DNA from: an uncultured archaeon
GTDB lineage: Archaea; Thermoproteota; Nitrososphaeria; Nitrososphaerales; Gagatemarchaeaceae
NCBI GenBank assembly: GCA_963817525.1
Contig: CAWFOU010000001.1
Span: 736,001 to 800,000 of the forward strand
Length of the DNA: 64,000 bases
Reading direction: 5' to 3'
Numbering within the stretch: position 1 is the stretch's first letter; every line of letters begins with the position of its first letter. Made by a program: the position numbers and the translations under genes. The notes below the pieces were generated by a model that saw nothing but the letters and a program-made list of their open reading frames with translations, ran no database searches and had not been told where the DNA came from. Shown piece after piece: positions 18,963-29,599 of the stretch.

Positions 18963-19910
18963 CTACTTGCTGAGCAGTCTCCACGACATCACGATGCCCA
19001 CGACGGAGAAGAACGCCGCGAACCCTATGGCGACGGAGAAGTCGACCCACAGCGCGTACGTCCCTGTCGCCCCTATCAGGAGTTGGCGTATCGCGTCGAT
19101 GCAGTAGCTGATTGGGTTGACCTTCACCACGTCCTGGAGCCACGCGGGCATTATCTTGACCGGGAAGAGGGCGTTGCTCGCGAATAGCAGCGGGAGGTTG
19201 AGGAGGTTGATTATGGCCATCTGGGTCTGCCAGTTGCTCGACCTCAGCGAGAGCATGACGAACAGGCCCGAGAGCCCCATCGCCACCAGGAAGATGACCA
19301 CGAAGGTCCCGGCGATCCCGAGGACGCTGAGGTGGCTCGTGTCCATGCCCAGGGCTATGCCGATGAAAAGGACGACCACGGCCTGGATGAGCGAACGCCC
19401 CACGCTCTGGAAGATCTTCGCCATCACGATGGTTCCCCTGCTGATCGGCGTGCTCAGCGCCTTGTTCATGAAGCCGAACCTCCTGTCCCAGACCACAGAC
19501 ATCCCGCTGAACGCCGAGTTGAAGACGACGATGAACACGAGCATCCCACACACGAGGTACGAGAAGTAGCTCGTCGTCCCGAAGAAGCTCAGGAGGGCCG
19601 CGTTTACCGCGGCCTGGCTCGCCCCGCTCGCCCCTGCCCCCGCGGTGATGAAGGAGCCGAAGTTCAGGGCCTTGCCGAACAGTCCCATCCATATCACAGG
19701 CTGGATGAGGGAGATGATGAGCTGGTACGGGTTCGTGTACCACTTCCTCAGGTCCCGTTTGGTGAGCGCCCACAGGCCGTGCATGGGACTCTTGTTGATC
19801 TTCGGGGTAGGCATGGACACGACGTCGTGGGTGGCCGGCGCTGCGGTCGGCTCCAGCTTCGCGTCCTGCGCCGCCGCCTCCTTGATTGTCGACCTTTCGC
19901 TCTCTACCAA
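18963..19910 (-). CDS. ABC-2 type exporter permease (DrrB-like)
   Basis: Six TM segments, WDRRFGF, NPISY. Confidence 0.9.
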   Translation of the reverse strand: MVESERSTIKEAAAQDAKLEPTAAPATHDVVSMPTPKINKSPMHGLWALTKRDLRKWYTNPYQLIISLIQPVIWMGLFGKALNFGSFITAGAGASGASQAAVNAALLSFFGTTSYFSYLVCGMLVFIVVFNSAFSGMSVVWDRRFGFMNKALSTPISRGTIVMAKIFQSVGRSLIQAVVVLFIGIALGMDTSHLSVLGIAGTFVVIFLVAMGLSGLFVMLSLRSSNWQTQMAIINLLNLPLLFASNALFPVKIMPAWLQDVVKVNPISYCIDAIRQLLIGATGTYALWVDFSVAIGFAAFFSVVGIVMSWRLLSK

Positions 19911-19925
19911 ACCAATCTACCCCGC

Positions 19926-20960
19926 TTAGGACCTCGCGGTCGACATCGTCCTTCTCTGGCTCATCATGGCCCACCTGTTGGTCTCCTCTTCCCTCAGGGT
20001 GCGGCCGGTGAGCTCGAGGTACGCCTCGTCGAGGGTCGGCCTCGAGAGCGAAATCTTCGAGACGTGGAGCCCCTTGGACCGGATGAGGTCGATTATCGCC
20101 GGGGTGGCCTCCGCTCCGTCGTCCGCTTTTATGCGGTAGTCGTTCCCCGTCTTGGTGACGTCCTTCACCAGGTCTACCTTCGCTATCTCTGGCGAGAGGT
20201 CGGCGCCCGCCTCTTTCACCCCGAGGAGGATCACGTCTCCGCCGACGCTGGCCTTGAGCTCGTCTGGGGTCCCTATTTTCACGATGTGCCCGTGGTCGAT
20301 GATCGCGATCCTGTCGCAGAGGGAGTCAGCCTCCTCGAGGTAGTGGGTGGTCAGGAAGAGCGTCATGTTGTAGTCCTGCTTGAGCTGGCGGATGTACTTC
20401 CAGACCGCGGTGCGCGTCTGGACGTCGAGGCCCAAGGTGGGCTCGTCCAGGAAGAGCAGCTTAGGGTAGTTGATGAGGCCGCAGGCCAGCTCGAGCCTCC
20501 TGCGCATCCCTCCCGAGAAGGTGCTGACCTTCCTCTTCGCGGCGTCCTGGAGCTCAACGAGCTGGAGGAGCTCTGCTGCGTGGCGCGTCGAGTCGCTACG
20601 CGGAATCCCATACATGTCCCCGCAGAGGATGATGTTCTCGTAGCCGGTCATGTCCTCGTCCGCCGTATAGTCTTGTGGGACGACCCCCACATTCCTCCGG
20701 ACGTCGTTCGCCTGCTTGTGGACGTCGTAGCCGCAGACCTCGGCCCTGCCCGAGGTGGGGGGGAGGAGCGTCGTGAGCATGTTGATGGTGGTGCTCTTCC
20801 CCGCGCCGTTGGGCCCGAGGAACCCGAAGATCTCCCCCTGCCTGATCTCGAAGCTGATGTTGTCCACCGCTCTTTGCTGCCCGAAGCTCTTAGAGAGCCC
20901 CTCCACCTTGACTATCGGGGAGCTACTGTCCCCGCCCGTCTTGCTTTGCTCGGTGATCAT
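19926..20960 (-). CDS. ABC exporter ATPase (DrrA-like)
   Basis: GPNGAGKS, FSGGMRRR, LDEPT, THYLEEAD. Confidence 0.93.
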   Translation of the reverse strand: MITEQSKTGGDSSSPIVKVEGLSKSFGQQRAVDNISFEIRQGEIFGFLGPNGAGKSTTINMLTTLLPPTSGRAEVCGYDVHKQANDVRRNVGVVPQDYTADEDMTGYENIILCGDMYGIPRSDSTRHAAELLQLVELQDAAKRKVSTFSGGMRRRLELACGLINYPKLLFLDEPTLGLDVQTRTAVWKYIRQLKQDYNMTLFLTTHYLEEADSLCDRIAIIDHGHIVKIGTPDELKASVGGDVILLGVKEAGADLSPEIAKVDLVKDVTKTGNDYRIKADDGAEATPAIIDLIRSKGLHVSKISLSRPTLDEAYLELTGRTLREEETNRWAMMSQRRTMSTARS

Positions 20961-21580
20961 TCTCGCATGACCCTTGATCTCGCGCCATACCGCAATCCCG
21001 GCGAGGCGGGCCTTTGCCTGAGGCCCCTGAGCTGGCCCTGGGTCCAGTCCAGCTGCCTCTCCAGGTTCAACGAGTACTCGCGTAGCATAAAGTCCATGTC
21101 GTTGCGGGAGATCGAGTCCCTCCTCGCCTCCATCAACTCCTTTGTCATCTCGAACTGCTTCTTCGAGCCCTCGACAAACATGCTGCTGAAGCCGGCGGGA
21201 TCGAGGAGGTCGTAGAAGAGCCGCCGCATCGCCGCCCATCTCTCCCAAGAGATTGCGAACATCTGGCCTCGCTCCTTCATCTCGTCCAGGCCCTTGGACG
21301 TGATGCTGTACACTCGGCGGTTGTCCGAAGAGCCCCTCTGGTCGGTTATGATGTAGCCGTCCGCGAGGAGCCTCTTGAGCACCGGGTAGACGGAGCCCAC
21401 GCCAGGCCTCCATGTCCCGTTGGTCTTCCCCTCGATATCCTGCAGTATCTCGTAGCCGTGCTTCGGCTTGACGGAGATGCTGTGGAGGATGTAGTGAAGC
21501 AGAAGCCCCCTCGGCGCTCCCTTCAGTTCCGTGAGCGGAGCGCAGTCATTCGCCACTGACTTGGTCTTGCGGACAGACAT
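20957..21580 (-). CDS. PadR-family regulator
   Basis: HGYEI, W.P..GSVYP.L, RRVYSIT.KG. Confidence 0.92.
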   Translation of the reverse strand: MSVRKTKSVANDCAPLTELKGAPRGLLLHYILHSISVKPKHGYEILQDIEGKTNGTWRPGVGSVYPVLKRLLADGYIITDQRGSSDNRRVYSITSKGLDEMKERGQMFAISWERWAAMRRLFYDLLDPAGFSSMFVEGSKKQFEMTKELMEARRDSISRNDMDFMLREYSLNLERQLDWTQGQLRGLRQRPASPGLRYGARSRVMRE

Positions 21581-21661
21581 TGACGGGCGGCGTCCGGCCG
21601 AGGATTATTTACGTATATCGCGTTTGATATAGTGAAGATAGTGAACGCGGAGGGGCCACGG

Positions 21662-24016
21662 TCAGGGCGCGAAGGAAGGAGGCGCATCTTGCGGGCTGCT
21701 GCCCCAGCTCGAGGCGTTGGCGCCCAAGGTAAAGTCGAGAGTCGCTCCGCCTTGTACGGCGGACCACGGAAGCCACAGACTGCTCGTCGGGTTTCCGTCG
21801 AGATCGAGGCTCTGCACGTATGGGTTGCCGACCGCGGCGTTCGTCGCGTCGACCTGGAGCATGCGCCCTCCGGAGAGGCTGACCGTCATCGAGGAGAAGA
21901 GCGGGCTGCCGATCACAAAACCCCCGACCCCGGGGATCTCGGGGTAGAGTCCCATCGCGGCGAAGATGTACCAGGAGGACATCTCTCCGCCGTCGTCGTT
22001 CCCGGGCATGCCACCTGGAGTGTCTGACCAGAGCTGGGTCTCGATCTCCCTGACGACCTCCTGGGTCTGCGCGGGGGCCTGGGCGAAGTCGTACTCCCAA
22101 GGGACCTCGACGGTGGGCTCGTCGCCAATCCAGCAGTACATGCTCGACGGCCCGGCGTTCAGCGCGGTGAGGAAGTTGTCGAGACGCGCGACCGCCGTCG
22201 AGTTGCCGCCCATGAGGTTGAACAGACCGGCAAGGTCGAACGGGACCATCCAAGTGTACTGCGCCGAGTCGCCCTCCTCGTAGCCGTTCTCGCTCGTGGG
22301 AGAGAACCCCTGCCCCCAGCTCCCGTTCGCGTCCCTGGGCTGGACGAATCCGCTAGCTGTGTCGAAGACGTTCTCCCAGTCGGCCGACCGCTGAAGGTAA
22401 GTGTTGTAGTAGCCAGTGTCACCGAGGGCATTCGCGAACTGGGCGATCGCAAAGTCGTCGGTGGCGTATTCCAGCGTCTCGGACGCGGTGGCGAGACCTA
22501 GGAGGGTGTCGTTGGGAAGGTACCCCAGCTTGACGTAGTACGAGTAGCCTTCGCGCTCCTGAGACTGCCCGTTGACCATGGCCTGAAGGGCCGCCGCGGC
22601 ATCGAAGTTGGTGGCTCCGAACGCGTAGGCGTCCTCTATCAGCGGGTCACCGTCGTCGCCGCTCATCCCGTGGGAGTCGGCGTTGGCCTGCTCCCAGCGC
22701 GGGAGGGCGCCGTCCCCCTGCTGCGCATCGTTGACGAGCGACTGGGCGATGTCGCTCGCGATGGACGGAGCCAGGATAGAGAGGAACTGCATGTGGGTGC
22801 GGTAGTCATCCCAGCTGTTGATGTTCTCGAACTGGACGTGGCCCGCAGTCACCGTGTGCACCTTCCCGTCGAATCCGATGTACTGTCCGTTGGCGTCGCT
22901 GAAGATGTTGGGCTGGAAGAACGAGTGGTATAGAGCGGTGTAGAGGGTCACGGTCTGGTTCTGCGTCCCTCCCTGCACATGGACGGTGTTCAGCAGGTCG
23001 TTCCACATGGATGCGGTGCTCTCCGCCACGGAGGTGAGGTTGAAGTCTGCGTATTCCGCGGCGAGGTTGAGCTTGGCGTTCGCCACGCTCACGAAGGAGA
23101 TCGCCACCTGGACGTCGACCACCGGGTTCGACATGGTGTCGAAAACGAGGAAGGCGCCGACGTTCTGCCCTTGGCTGCCGCTGTAACTGGGGTAGAGCTT
23201 CGCCGCATTCCAGACGCCGTAGCTCGAGAACGGGCGGTCGAACTTGGCCGCGAAGTAGATCTCATAGGGGTTGCTGCCGCAGCCCACCGTGCTCCCGGCC
23301 AAGCCCGTCACCTCATCCTGCGCGGGGATGACGGTCACGTTGGAGTTGGTGTTCCCATTCACGCTGCCCCCGGCGTTGATTATCATGGTCGAGGAGATCG
23401 AGGGGGGGTAGACGAACCGCCCCACTCCGGTGTGCGGGGTGGCGCTCAGCTCGGCAGTGACGTTGGGGCCTTCGAGGTGCACCTCGTAGTAGCCTGGGCG
23501 CGCCACCTCGCTGCTGTGCGAGAAGCTGGAGTAGTAGAGCGAGGCGTTGGTCACCGGGGAGACCGTGAAGTCGCCCACGTAAGGCATGAAGGGAACGTCC
23601 TGGTACACCTCGCACCCCCTGCCGCTGAAGTGTGTGAGGCTCAGGTCCTTGATGACAGAGTCGCCGTAGTAGTAGCCCCCCGGAGGATTCGAGATGGTGT
23701 CGGGGCTCCACTGGACCATCCCCATGGGATAGGCCGCCCCGGGGAAGACGTCGCCGTCGCACGCCCCTCCGCACGGGTAGGGGAAGCTGTTCCCCGTGCC
23801 GATGAACGGGTTTACGAACTGGGTGATGTTCTCGGTGGGCGACAGGCCGGTGGGGAAGGCGCTGCTCAGCGAAGATCCTGACGGAGCGCTCACCTCGACG
23901 GAGTTGCTCAGGCTATAGTCCACGACGACCCCGAGGAGCAGCCCGATGACTAGGGCCGCGAGGAAGACTGCGCCGCGCCGCCCGACTCTGCGCGACAAAC
24001 TCCAAAGACCAAGCAC
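21662..24016 (-). CDS. GH92 alpha-1,2-mannosidase with N-terminal membrane anchor
   Basis: VNPFIGT, PMGMVQWSPDT, SETLEYA, PGNDDGGEMSSW. Confidence 0.92.
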   Translation of the reverse strand: MLGLWSLSRRVGRRGAVFLAALVIGLLLGVVVDYSLSNSVEVSAPSGSSLSSAFPTGLSPTENITQFVNPFIGTGNSFPYPCGGACDGDVFPGAAYPMGMVQWSPDTISNPPGGYYYGDSVIKDLSLTHFSGRGCEVYQDVPFMPYVGDFTVSPVTNASLYYSSFSHSSEVARPGYYEVHLEGPNVTAELSATPHTGVGRFVYPPSISSTMIINAGGSVNGNTNSNVTVIPAQDEVTGLAGSTVGCGSNPYEIYFAAKFDRPFSSYGVWNAAKLYPSYSGSQGQNVGAFLVFDTMSNPVVDVQVAISFVSVANAKLNLAAEYADFNLTSVAESTASMWNDLLNTVHVQGGTQNQTVTLYTALYHSFFQPNIFSDANGQYIGFDGKVHTVTAGHVQFENINSWDDYRTHMQFLSILAPSIASDIAQSLVNDAQQGDGALPRWEQANADSHGMSGDDGDPLIEDAYAFGATNFDAAAALQAMVNGQSQEREGYSYYVKLGYLPNDTLLGLATASETLEYATDDFAIAQFANALGDTGYYNTYLQRSADWENVFDTASGFVQPRDANGSWGQGFSPTSENGYEEGDSAQYTWMVPFDLAGLFNLMGGNSTAVARLDNFLTALNAGPSSMYCWIGDEPTVEVPWEYDFAQAPAQTQEVVREIETQLWSDTPGGMPGNDDGGEMSSWYIFAAMGLYPEIPGVGGFVIGSPLFSSMTVSLSGGRMLQVDATNAAVGNPYVQSLDLDGNPTSSLWLPWSAVQGGATLDFTLGANASSWGSSPQDAPPSFAP

Positions 24017-24219
24017 GCCCCGCGTTATATAATTCTAGAGAGCGACCATCTTCCCTCTCCTGTGCGTGTTCTCGCTATCGTGAGGCGCCTCGGAAGACAG
24101 CTCGACCAAGAGAGATTCAGCTGTAGACAAACCCGCGACACGAGAACAAGCGCACTTCGACCGATGTCTTGGTAAATTCGGCCCGAGGACTTAATTTGCT
24201 CTGACCGCACTGGCGCGGC

Positions 24220-25491
24220 GTGGCTGTCGCGACGATCGAGCTGGCGTTGACCGCGTTCGTGGCAGTCATGCTTCTCTCGCAGATCCTCTCGCTCAAGGCC
24301 AAGGTGCCGTACACGCTAATCCTGGTGTTCGTCGGCGTCGGGATTACGGCGCTGGCAACGGTCCCCTCATTGGGTTCGAACTCGGTCACGGACACGGTGC
24401 AAGGCGTGATCTCGCAGATGGGCTCCTTCTACACCACCCTAGTGGAAGGGGGCCTCTTCGTGGGCCTCGTCGTCCCGCCTCTGATCTTCGAGGCTATGGT
24501 GCACATCAAGGCTCCGGACTTGAGAGCCGTTATCAGACCCTCGGTCGTGCTCGCCACGGCTGGCGTGGTCGTCGCCACAATCGTTGGAGGATTGGTCCTC
24601 TGGCAGTGGGCGGGGTTGTCGTTTACTGTCTCCTTTCTTTTTGCTGCAATCGTAGCGCCAACCGATGTCGTGACCGTGCTCGAGGTTTTTCGCCGCGCTG
24701 ACGTCCCTTCAGAGCTCGCCACGCTCATGGACACGGAGGCGGCGTTCAACGACGCGACCGGCATCGTCATCTTCACGCTCGTTCTTTCGTCGATAGGGCT
24801 GTCGAGAGTCTCCATCCTCTCGGGTCTCTCCGTCTTTGGTTTCACCACGTTGGGAGGCGCCGTTGTCGGTTTCCTGATCGCCTTCGCGGCCAGAAGAGTC
24901 AGTAATTCAATCCAGGACAAGATGGCAACTGTGATTCTTACCATCTCGGCGGTCTATGGTTCCTATGTGTTCGCGAGCGGGGTTGGCGCCTCTGGACTAA
25001 TCGCCGTTGCGGTGGTCGGTCTGTACTTCGGCAACGTGACCATGAAGGCGGCGATGGGGCAGGAGACGCGAGACGCCGTGCTCTTCTTCTGGCAGATAGC
25101 GGCGTTCATCGGGACCTCGGTAGCCTTCCTCCTAATCGGATTCGAGACCAACCTTGTCATCCTCTCCCAATCGTTCTTCCTGATCATAACGGCATTTCTG
25201 GTGGTAACCCTGGCCAGAGCCGCCTCGGTATATCCCATACTCGCCATCTTCAATCAGGTTCGCGAAAAGATCCCCATCGTTTGGAGCAACGTGGCCATGT
25301 TGGGCGGTGTACGAGGGGCTCTCTCGATCGCACTTGCAGCATCCCTGACTGGGTCGGCTGTTGTCTCGGGTTCTGACGTCCGCACCATCACTACGATGGT
25401 TTTCGGTGTGGCCTTCTTGTCGATTGCGATTCAAACACCCTTACTGTCGCGGTACATCAAGAGAAAGTTTGGGAACCAGCAACTGTCCTGA
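24220..25491 (+). CDS. CPA1 (NhaP-like) cation/H+ antiporter
   Basis: PPLIFEA, PTDVV, EAAFNDA, GGVRGALS. Confidence 0.92.
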   Translation: MAVATIELALTAFVAVMLLSQILSLKAKVPYTLILVFVGVGITALATVPSLGSNSVTDTVQGVISQMGSFYTTLVEGGLFVGLVVPPLIFEAMVHIKAPDLRAVIRPSVVLATAGVVVATIVGGLVLWQWAGLSFTVSFLFAAIVAPTDVVTVLEVFRRADVPSELATLMDTEAAFNDATGIVIFTLVLSSIGLSRVSILSGLSVFGFTTLGGAVVGFLIAFAARRVSNSIQDKMATVILTISAVYGSYVFASGVGASGLIAVAVVGLYFGNVTMKAAMGQETRDAVLFFWQIAAFIGTSVAFLLIGFETNLVILSQSFFLIITAFLVVTLARAASVYPILAIFNQVREKIPIVWSNVAMLGGVRGALSIALAASLTGSAVVSGSDVRTITTMVFGVAFLSIAIQTPLLSRYIKRKFGNQQLS

Positions 25492-25519
25492 GCTGTTCCA
25501 CTTTCCCAAAGTCGAGGGC

Positions 25520-26251
25520 CTACTTCCACTTCGTTAGTATCTCCTCTCTGTGGAAGGAGGCTGTCGAGACGAAGAAGAGCAGCGCGTCCACCGCGACCAA
25601 GGCTCCCGCGATTATCACCAGGTTGGTGGCGTCTCCCAGGTTGATCAAGTTCAGTTCTCCGGCGACGTACACCCCAATGAATGGAACGGCTGTCAGCCCC
25701 CCGAGTTGTTGTCCAGCCCTGACGTCGGTCACCCTCGAGGACATGATTACGCTCATCTGTACGCTCATCAACAGCGCGAGCGGAAGAAGCAACAGTATGA
25801 CGATGGCCGAATTCCAGTCCGGGAAGTAGTAGTAACCAAGCTTGCCCTTGGTGGTCAGGTCCATGAGAAGCATGAAGAGCGCGGATCCCCCCAGCGTCGT
25901 GGCCAGCGGTGGAAGGAAGGCGGTCATGCCCTTTCCGAGCAGTATCTCGCCGTCCGTCGTCGGCGTCGCAAGCAGCGGCTCGAGGCTCTTCTCGACCTTT
26001 TCGCCGGCGATGGTGTAGGATGCTATCGGAGTAGAGAGATACGAGCCCAGGATGACGTAGAAGAAGAGGAACGCAGGTAGCAGGACCATCAGCTCTGCGG
26101 GGGACTTCCTCTGGCCGACGAAGCCTATGACCGCGGGGATGAGAATGGCGACGAAAAGCGGAATGAAGACCAGCAAATAGACGATGCCCTTCTTCTTGCG
26201 GATAGTCTTGAAGTCCTTCGCCGCTATGATCCAGGACTGGGAGAGCCGCAC
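25520..26251 (-). CDS. ABC-2 family permease (copy 1)
   Basis: AGEKVEKSLEPLLATP..DGEILLGK...REEILTKWK. Confidence 0.88.
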   Translation of the reverse strand: MRLSQSWIIAAKDFKTIRKKKGIVYLLVFIPLFVAILIPAVIGFVGQRKSPAELMVLLPAFLFFYVILGSYLSTPIASYTIAGEKVEKSLEPLLATPTTDGEILLGKGMTAFLPPLATTLGGSALFMLLMDLTTKGKLGYYYFPDWNSAIVILLLLPLALLMSVQMSVIMSSRVTDVRAGQQLGGLTAVPFIGVYVAGELNLINLGDATNLVIIAGALVAVDALLFFVSTASFHREEILTKWK

Positions 26252-26254
26252 GGT

Positions 26255-26345
26255 CCTTAACTTTCCCCTTCCCTCACCAGCTTCGTGTAGACGTCTTCAA
26301 ACGAGAGGCCGGATCTCTTCGTGAGATTTTCAGGTTCAACCATCC
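26255..26345 (-). pseudogene. Remnant 3' end of the cognate ABC ATPase
   Basis: Reads ..GLSFEDVYTKLVR.., matching the C-termini of the ATPases at 50279 and 60409; the rest is deleted. Confidence 0.7.
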
Positions 26346-26373
26346 ACCGGCATCACCGATGACGTGCCCCGCT

Positions 26374-26652
26374 CTACATACCCGCGCCTGAGCTCTGGAT
26401 AGGCTTGCCATCCACGAGCACGGTGAGTTTTCTCCCAAAGGCCCAGCGCGTCATTCCGAAGTCGACTTCGACCTTGTGGACCTCTGAACTCCCGACATCG
26501 AACGCGAACTTCTTCGCGCCGGGCGAGAAGAGGGATTCGTCAATGACCTTCTGGCCATCCACTTCGATACGGATTGTCTTCATGACCCGGTCGCTATCGA
26601 CTGTGAGCGAGTGCTTCTCCCCCTCGCCCACCTCGAACTTGGATTTTCCCAT
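26374..26652 (-). CDS. Small beta-rich hypothetical protein (paralog of 51232-51528)
   Basis: Near-identical protein sequence to 51232-51528. Confidence 0.75.
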   Translation of the reverse strand: MGKSKFEVGEGEKHSLTVDSDRVMKTIRIEVDGQKVIDESLFSPGAKKFAFDVGSSEVHKVEVDFGMTRWAFGRKLTVLVDGKPIQSSGAGM

Positions 26653-26840
26653 GGCCTTCCAAAGGGTCGAAGCGGATATAAGAAGTCTAAAAAGTAAAAA
26701 TTTTGTACCTGTGGCCGCATTTCATAATGTGGAAGCAGTAAGACAAAGAATGCACATGGTAGAGCCGAAATGATGGACTCGCTCAATAATCCAAAAAAAG
26801 CGGACCCAGGCGCTTAGCAAGCCGGTTGGGCGTGAAAAGT

Positions 26841-26882
26841 TGGCGGGCCCGGTAGGATTTGACCACTTCAGTGTTCACATCT
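26841..26882 (-). repeat. Direct copy of tRNA-Arg 3' end (att-like site)
   Basis: TGGCGGGCCCGGtagGATTTGA versus TGGCGGGCCCGGagaGATTTGA at 35183. Confidence 0.85.
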
Positions 26883-27051
26883 GCCAATCAAAAAGACCTG
26901 CGACGTCCAAGTCGACCATTGAACTTGGAGTAATCAGGTCGAGCCCGCCCAGTTCATATCAAAATCAACTGATCCCAAACCAATTGATTGGATTTATTTC
27001 AAACTCCTTGTGGGTTCGTCTGAACTCACCTTCTGCGACCTATTCTTAGCT

Positions 27052-27069
27052 ACTGTCTTTTTACTCACT
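27052..27069. promoter_or_regulatory. 18-bp putative HxlR operator; other copies at 29033-29050, 31349-31366 and 31441-31458
   Basis: ACTNTCYTTTTACTCACT occurs four times, always just upstream of genes. Confidence 0.65.
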
Positions 27070-27105
27070 CCCAAGTTATTAGTATGCTTAGTAAATCTCA
27101 ATCTT

Positions 27106-27414
27106 ATGGACTTCATAGTCGAGTTCGAACATTCGCCGGAATTTTGCCCGCATTCCAATACAGTGGCAAGGAAGCAATTTGAGGCAACCAGAAATCTATC
27201 CATGGCAAAGAAACTGGGCATAGAAGTGGTATTTGCGGGGATAGCAGTTCCGGAGCACAAGACCTTCATGGTTCTAAGGGCGTCGGATTTTAAGTCGGTA
27301 AGGAGTCTGTTCGTTAAAAGCGGAATTGTGCAAACAAACGATGTTAGGATTCGTATACTCGAATCTTTTGAGGAATTTGCAGAGGAGATCAAGTCTTCAA
27401 CTCCAATGTTCTAG
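27106..27414 (+). CDS. Small alpha/beta hypothetical protein
   Basis: Clean low-GC ORF; HSPEFCP motif. Confidence 0.65.
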   Translation: MDFIVEFEHSPEFCPHSNTVARKQFEATRNLSMAKKLGIEVVFAGIAVPEHKTFMVLRASDFKSVRSLFVKSGIVQTNDVRIRILESFEEFAEEIKSSTPMF

Positions 27415-27694
27415 ATGCATGACGAGGCTATCGAACATTGGCTTGAGATTTGGTGTGGGTTATTCAGGAAACCAGTAATGCCCGAGCGACCATCAGAAGG
27501 AGCACCATGGCAAGTTGCTCTAACTGGGACGACAATCTTGTTGCATGTTTCGAATCCATCCAACGGAAGTATAGAAGTCGAATCACAACAGCGCGACCAG
27601 GTTTACCTGTCAAACCCACGAATGAAGCACACTAGTCAATTGAATCTCGTGTCGCTGGATGACGGTACTGTAAGCAGGTCCGGCCCTTCAACTT

Positions 27695-28108
27695 CTATTG
27701 GGCCGAGTGAAACTCCTCGAGTATCGTGAACATTGGGTTGCCAGCCACCGTCTTTTCCACAGGAACCTCTTCCTGCAGCACGTCCCAATGCTCGACGACT
27801 GTATCGTTCTCAAATGGGAATATGTCTGCGCCCACAAGCGTTTTTGCCGTGCCCCCTACATAGCGGCCGTAAATCATGGCAATGTTTCCTTCAGCGAGGA
27901 CCACACTGGGCTCATAGCGCCGCCCCTCGGGGAGATTCTTAAGATAATTTCGCAATCCGTCCCGCTTGTCGGGGATGAGAGGATTGTGCTGAACGTAATC
28001 TGGCGAGAACCACTTCTCCAGTGCAGTAAAGTCTCGTCTTGCATAAGCACTAGTCAATACTTCAACAATCGCGGACTTGTTGCGCGATTCGAACCCTGAG
28101 CCTATCAT
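27695..28108 (-). CDS. SnoaL/NTF2-like protein
   Basis: DYVQHNP, VEHWDVLQ. Confidence 0.85.
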   Translation of the reverse strand: MIGSGFESRNKSAIVEVLTSAYARRDFTALEKWFSPDYVQHNPLIPDKRDGLRNYLKNLPEGRRYEPSVVLAEGNIAMIYGRYVGGTAKTLVGADIFPFENDTVVEHWDVLQEEVPVEKTVAGNPMFTILEEFHSAQ

Positions 28109-28127
28109 CTGCTAAGTGGCCCCATGA

Positions 28128-28997
28128 TCAGGCCCTCGCCTTCACGGCGCTCGCCGAGGACCAGAGGATGAAGCGGTTGAGCCGCTCCGGATATAGCTCT
28201 AGCATCTCGTCATAAAGTTCTCTCGGCGTTGAACTTCTTCCGGCGAGAATGTCGAAATCACGGATATACTGCCGGGTCTCTTCGATGGCCTCGGGGCCGT
28301 TATCCGTCCCGGGCCGCTTGTGACCCGCTATCACAGCGCGGGGTTTGAGCGACTCGATCTTGTCCAAGGCCGAAATCCACTCGCTACGCCTCTGCGGATC
28401 CGACTCGGCGAGATACTGGTGGACGTCGTTGTATACGGCGTCACCCGCGACCACCAATCCAATCGACGGAACGTGCAGACACGTCGTGTCGTCCTTATCG
28501 CTGTGACCGAGTTCTACTGCAGTCAAACTATGTCCTTCCAGGTCGATAGTTTTCCCATCGAGTTCTTCAGCTATCTCGAGCCGGTCCGGTATCTGTCCAG
28601 GAAACATGCTCTTCCAGAAGCTCACCACTTCGGGAGAGACCTGCTGGCGCATTGCTTTGACTACGGCCGGGACGGCGACCACCTTTACGTTCGGAAAGCG
28701 GGCTCGGAGAGCCGAGGTGCCGAAGAAATGGTCACCGTGACCGTGCGTTATGTACACTGTCGTAAGTCTCTTGCCGCTATCAGCGACCCAATTTGCCAGG
28801 GTCTCACCCTGCTGGGAGGTGGTCGGGATATCGACGAGCACCGCATCTGTTTTGCCTGAAATGAGGGTCGACGAGGTAGGGGACCAGAACGTTTCCTTGA
28901 CTCCAGGCGGGGGATTGTTCGTGGCTATTGGGATCCCCGGGGTGACGAAGACGTCCCATCTTAATGGGACTTCCTGGTATTTGTTGTCGCGATCCAC
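28128..28997 (-). CDS. Metallo-beta-lactamase-fold hydrolase
   Basis: THGHGDH, AGD, AGH. Confidence 0.9.
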   Translation of the reverse strand: MDRDNKYQEVPLRWDVFVTPGIPIATNNPPPGVKETFWSPTSSTLISGKTDAVLVDIPTTSQQGETLANWVADSGKRLTTVYITHGHGDHFFGTSALRARFPNVKVVAVPAVVKAMRQQVSPEVVSFWKSMFPGQIPDRLEIAEELDGKTIDLEGHSLTAVELGHSDKDDTTCLHVPSIGLVVAGDAVYNDVHQYLAESDPQRRSEWISALDKIESLKPRAVIAGHKRPGTDNGPEAIEETRQYIRDFDILAGRSSTPRELYDEMLELYPERLNRFILWSSASAVKARA

Positions 28998-29050
28998 AAT
29001 TCAAAAAGCACGAAGTGTATTTATAACATGAAAGTGAGTAAAAAGACAGC

Positions 29051-29521
29051 TTGCAATCTCTGAGCCTAGAAAGCGAGTTCAGAAGAACGCACAAGAACTT
29101 GGAGACGAGGTACAAGAACGAGAATATCACGTACATGAATTGTCCTGTCGAGGCTTCTCTCGGAGTTTTGGGTAAGAAATGGACGATGGTGATCATCCGG
29201 GATATCGGTGTCTATGGGAGAGACAGGTTCAACCTCCTTCTCAAGTCATTGACTGGGATTCCTCCGAAGGTTCTCGCCACTCGGCTCAAGGAACTCCAGC
29301 AGGAAGGGTTCGTTACGAGAAACGCGGAGAAACGCGTTCCCCCTATGGTTGTAAGGTGGTCGCTCACGGAGAAGGGCATGGACGCGATAAGAATTGGGAT
29401 GATGCTCGCAGCTTTCGGGTCAAAATGGGATGCCGACACGGTATTCGAGGACAAGAAGCCTCGGAAGATGCTTGAGATCTTCAACCGAGAGGGAATGGAA
29501 CTGCTCATGAAGGACTTTTAA
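29051..29521 (+). CDS. HxlR-family regulator
   Basis: CPVEASLGVLGKKW, LATRLKEL, LTEKG. Confidence 0.9.
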   Translation: MQSLSLESEFRRTHKNLETRYKNENITYMNCPVEASLGVLGKKWTMVIIRDIGVYGRDRFNLLLKSLTGIPPKVLATRLKELQQEGFVTRNAEKRVPPMVVRWSLTEKGMDAIRIGMMLAAFGSKWDADTVFEDKKPRKMLEIFNREGMELLMKDF

Positions 29522-29599
29522 TCGATACTGGCTCTCGAAGCTCCGAACTTGTTCTGAATGGCTGAGTTTGTCGTGCTAAGCGGATGCTCCTAGAATCGG

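Noticed and set aside
1275-21215. Long alternative-frame ORFs (1275-2819, 12736-14037, 17593-18327, 19332-21215)
   Set aside because: They are shadows of real genes in GC-rich DNA, with no motifs.
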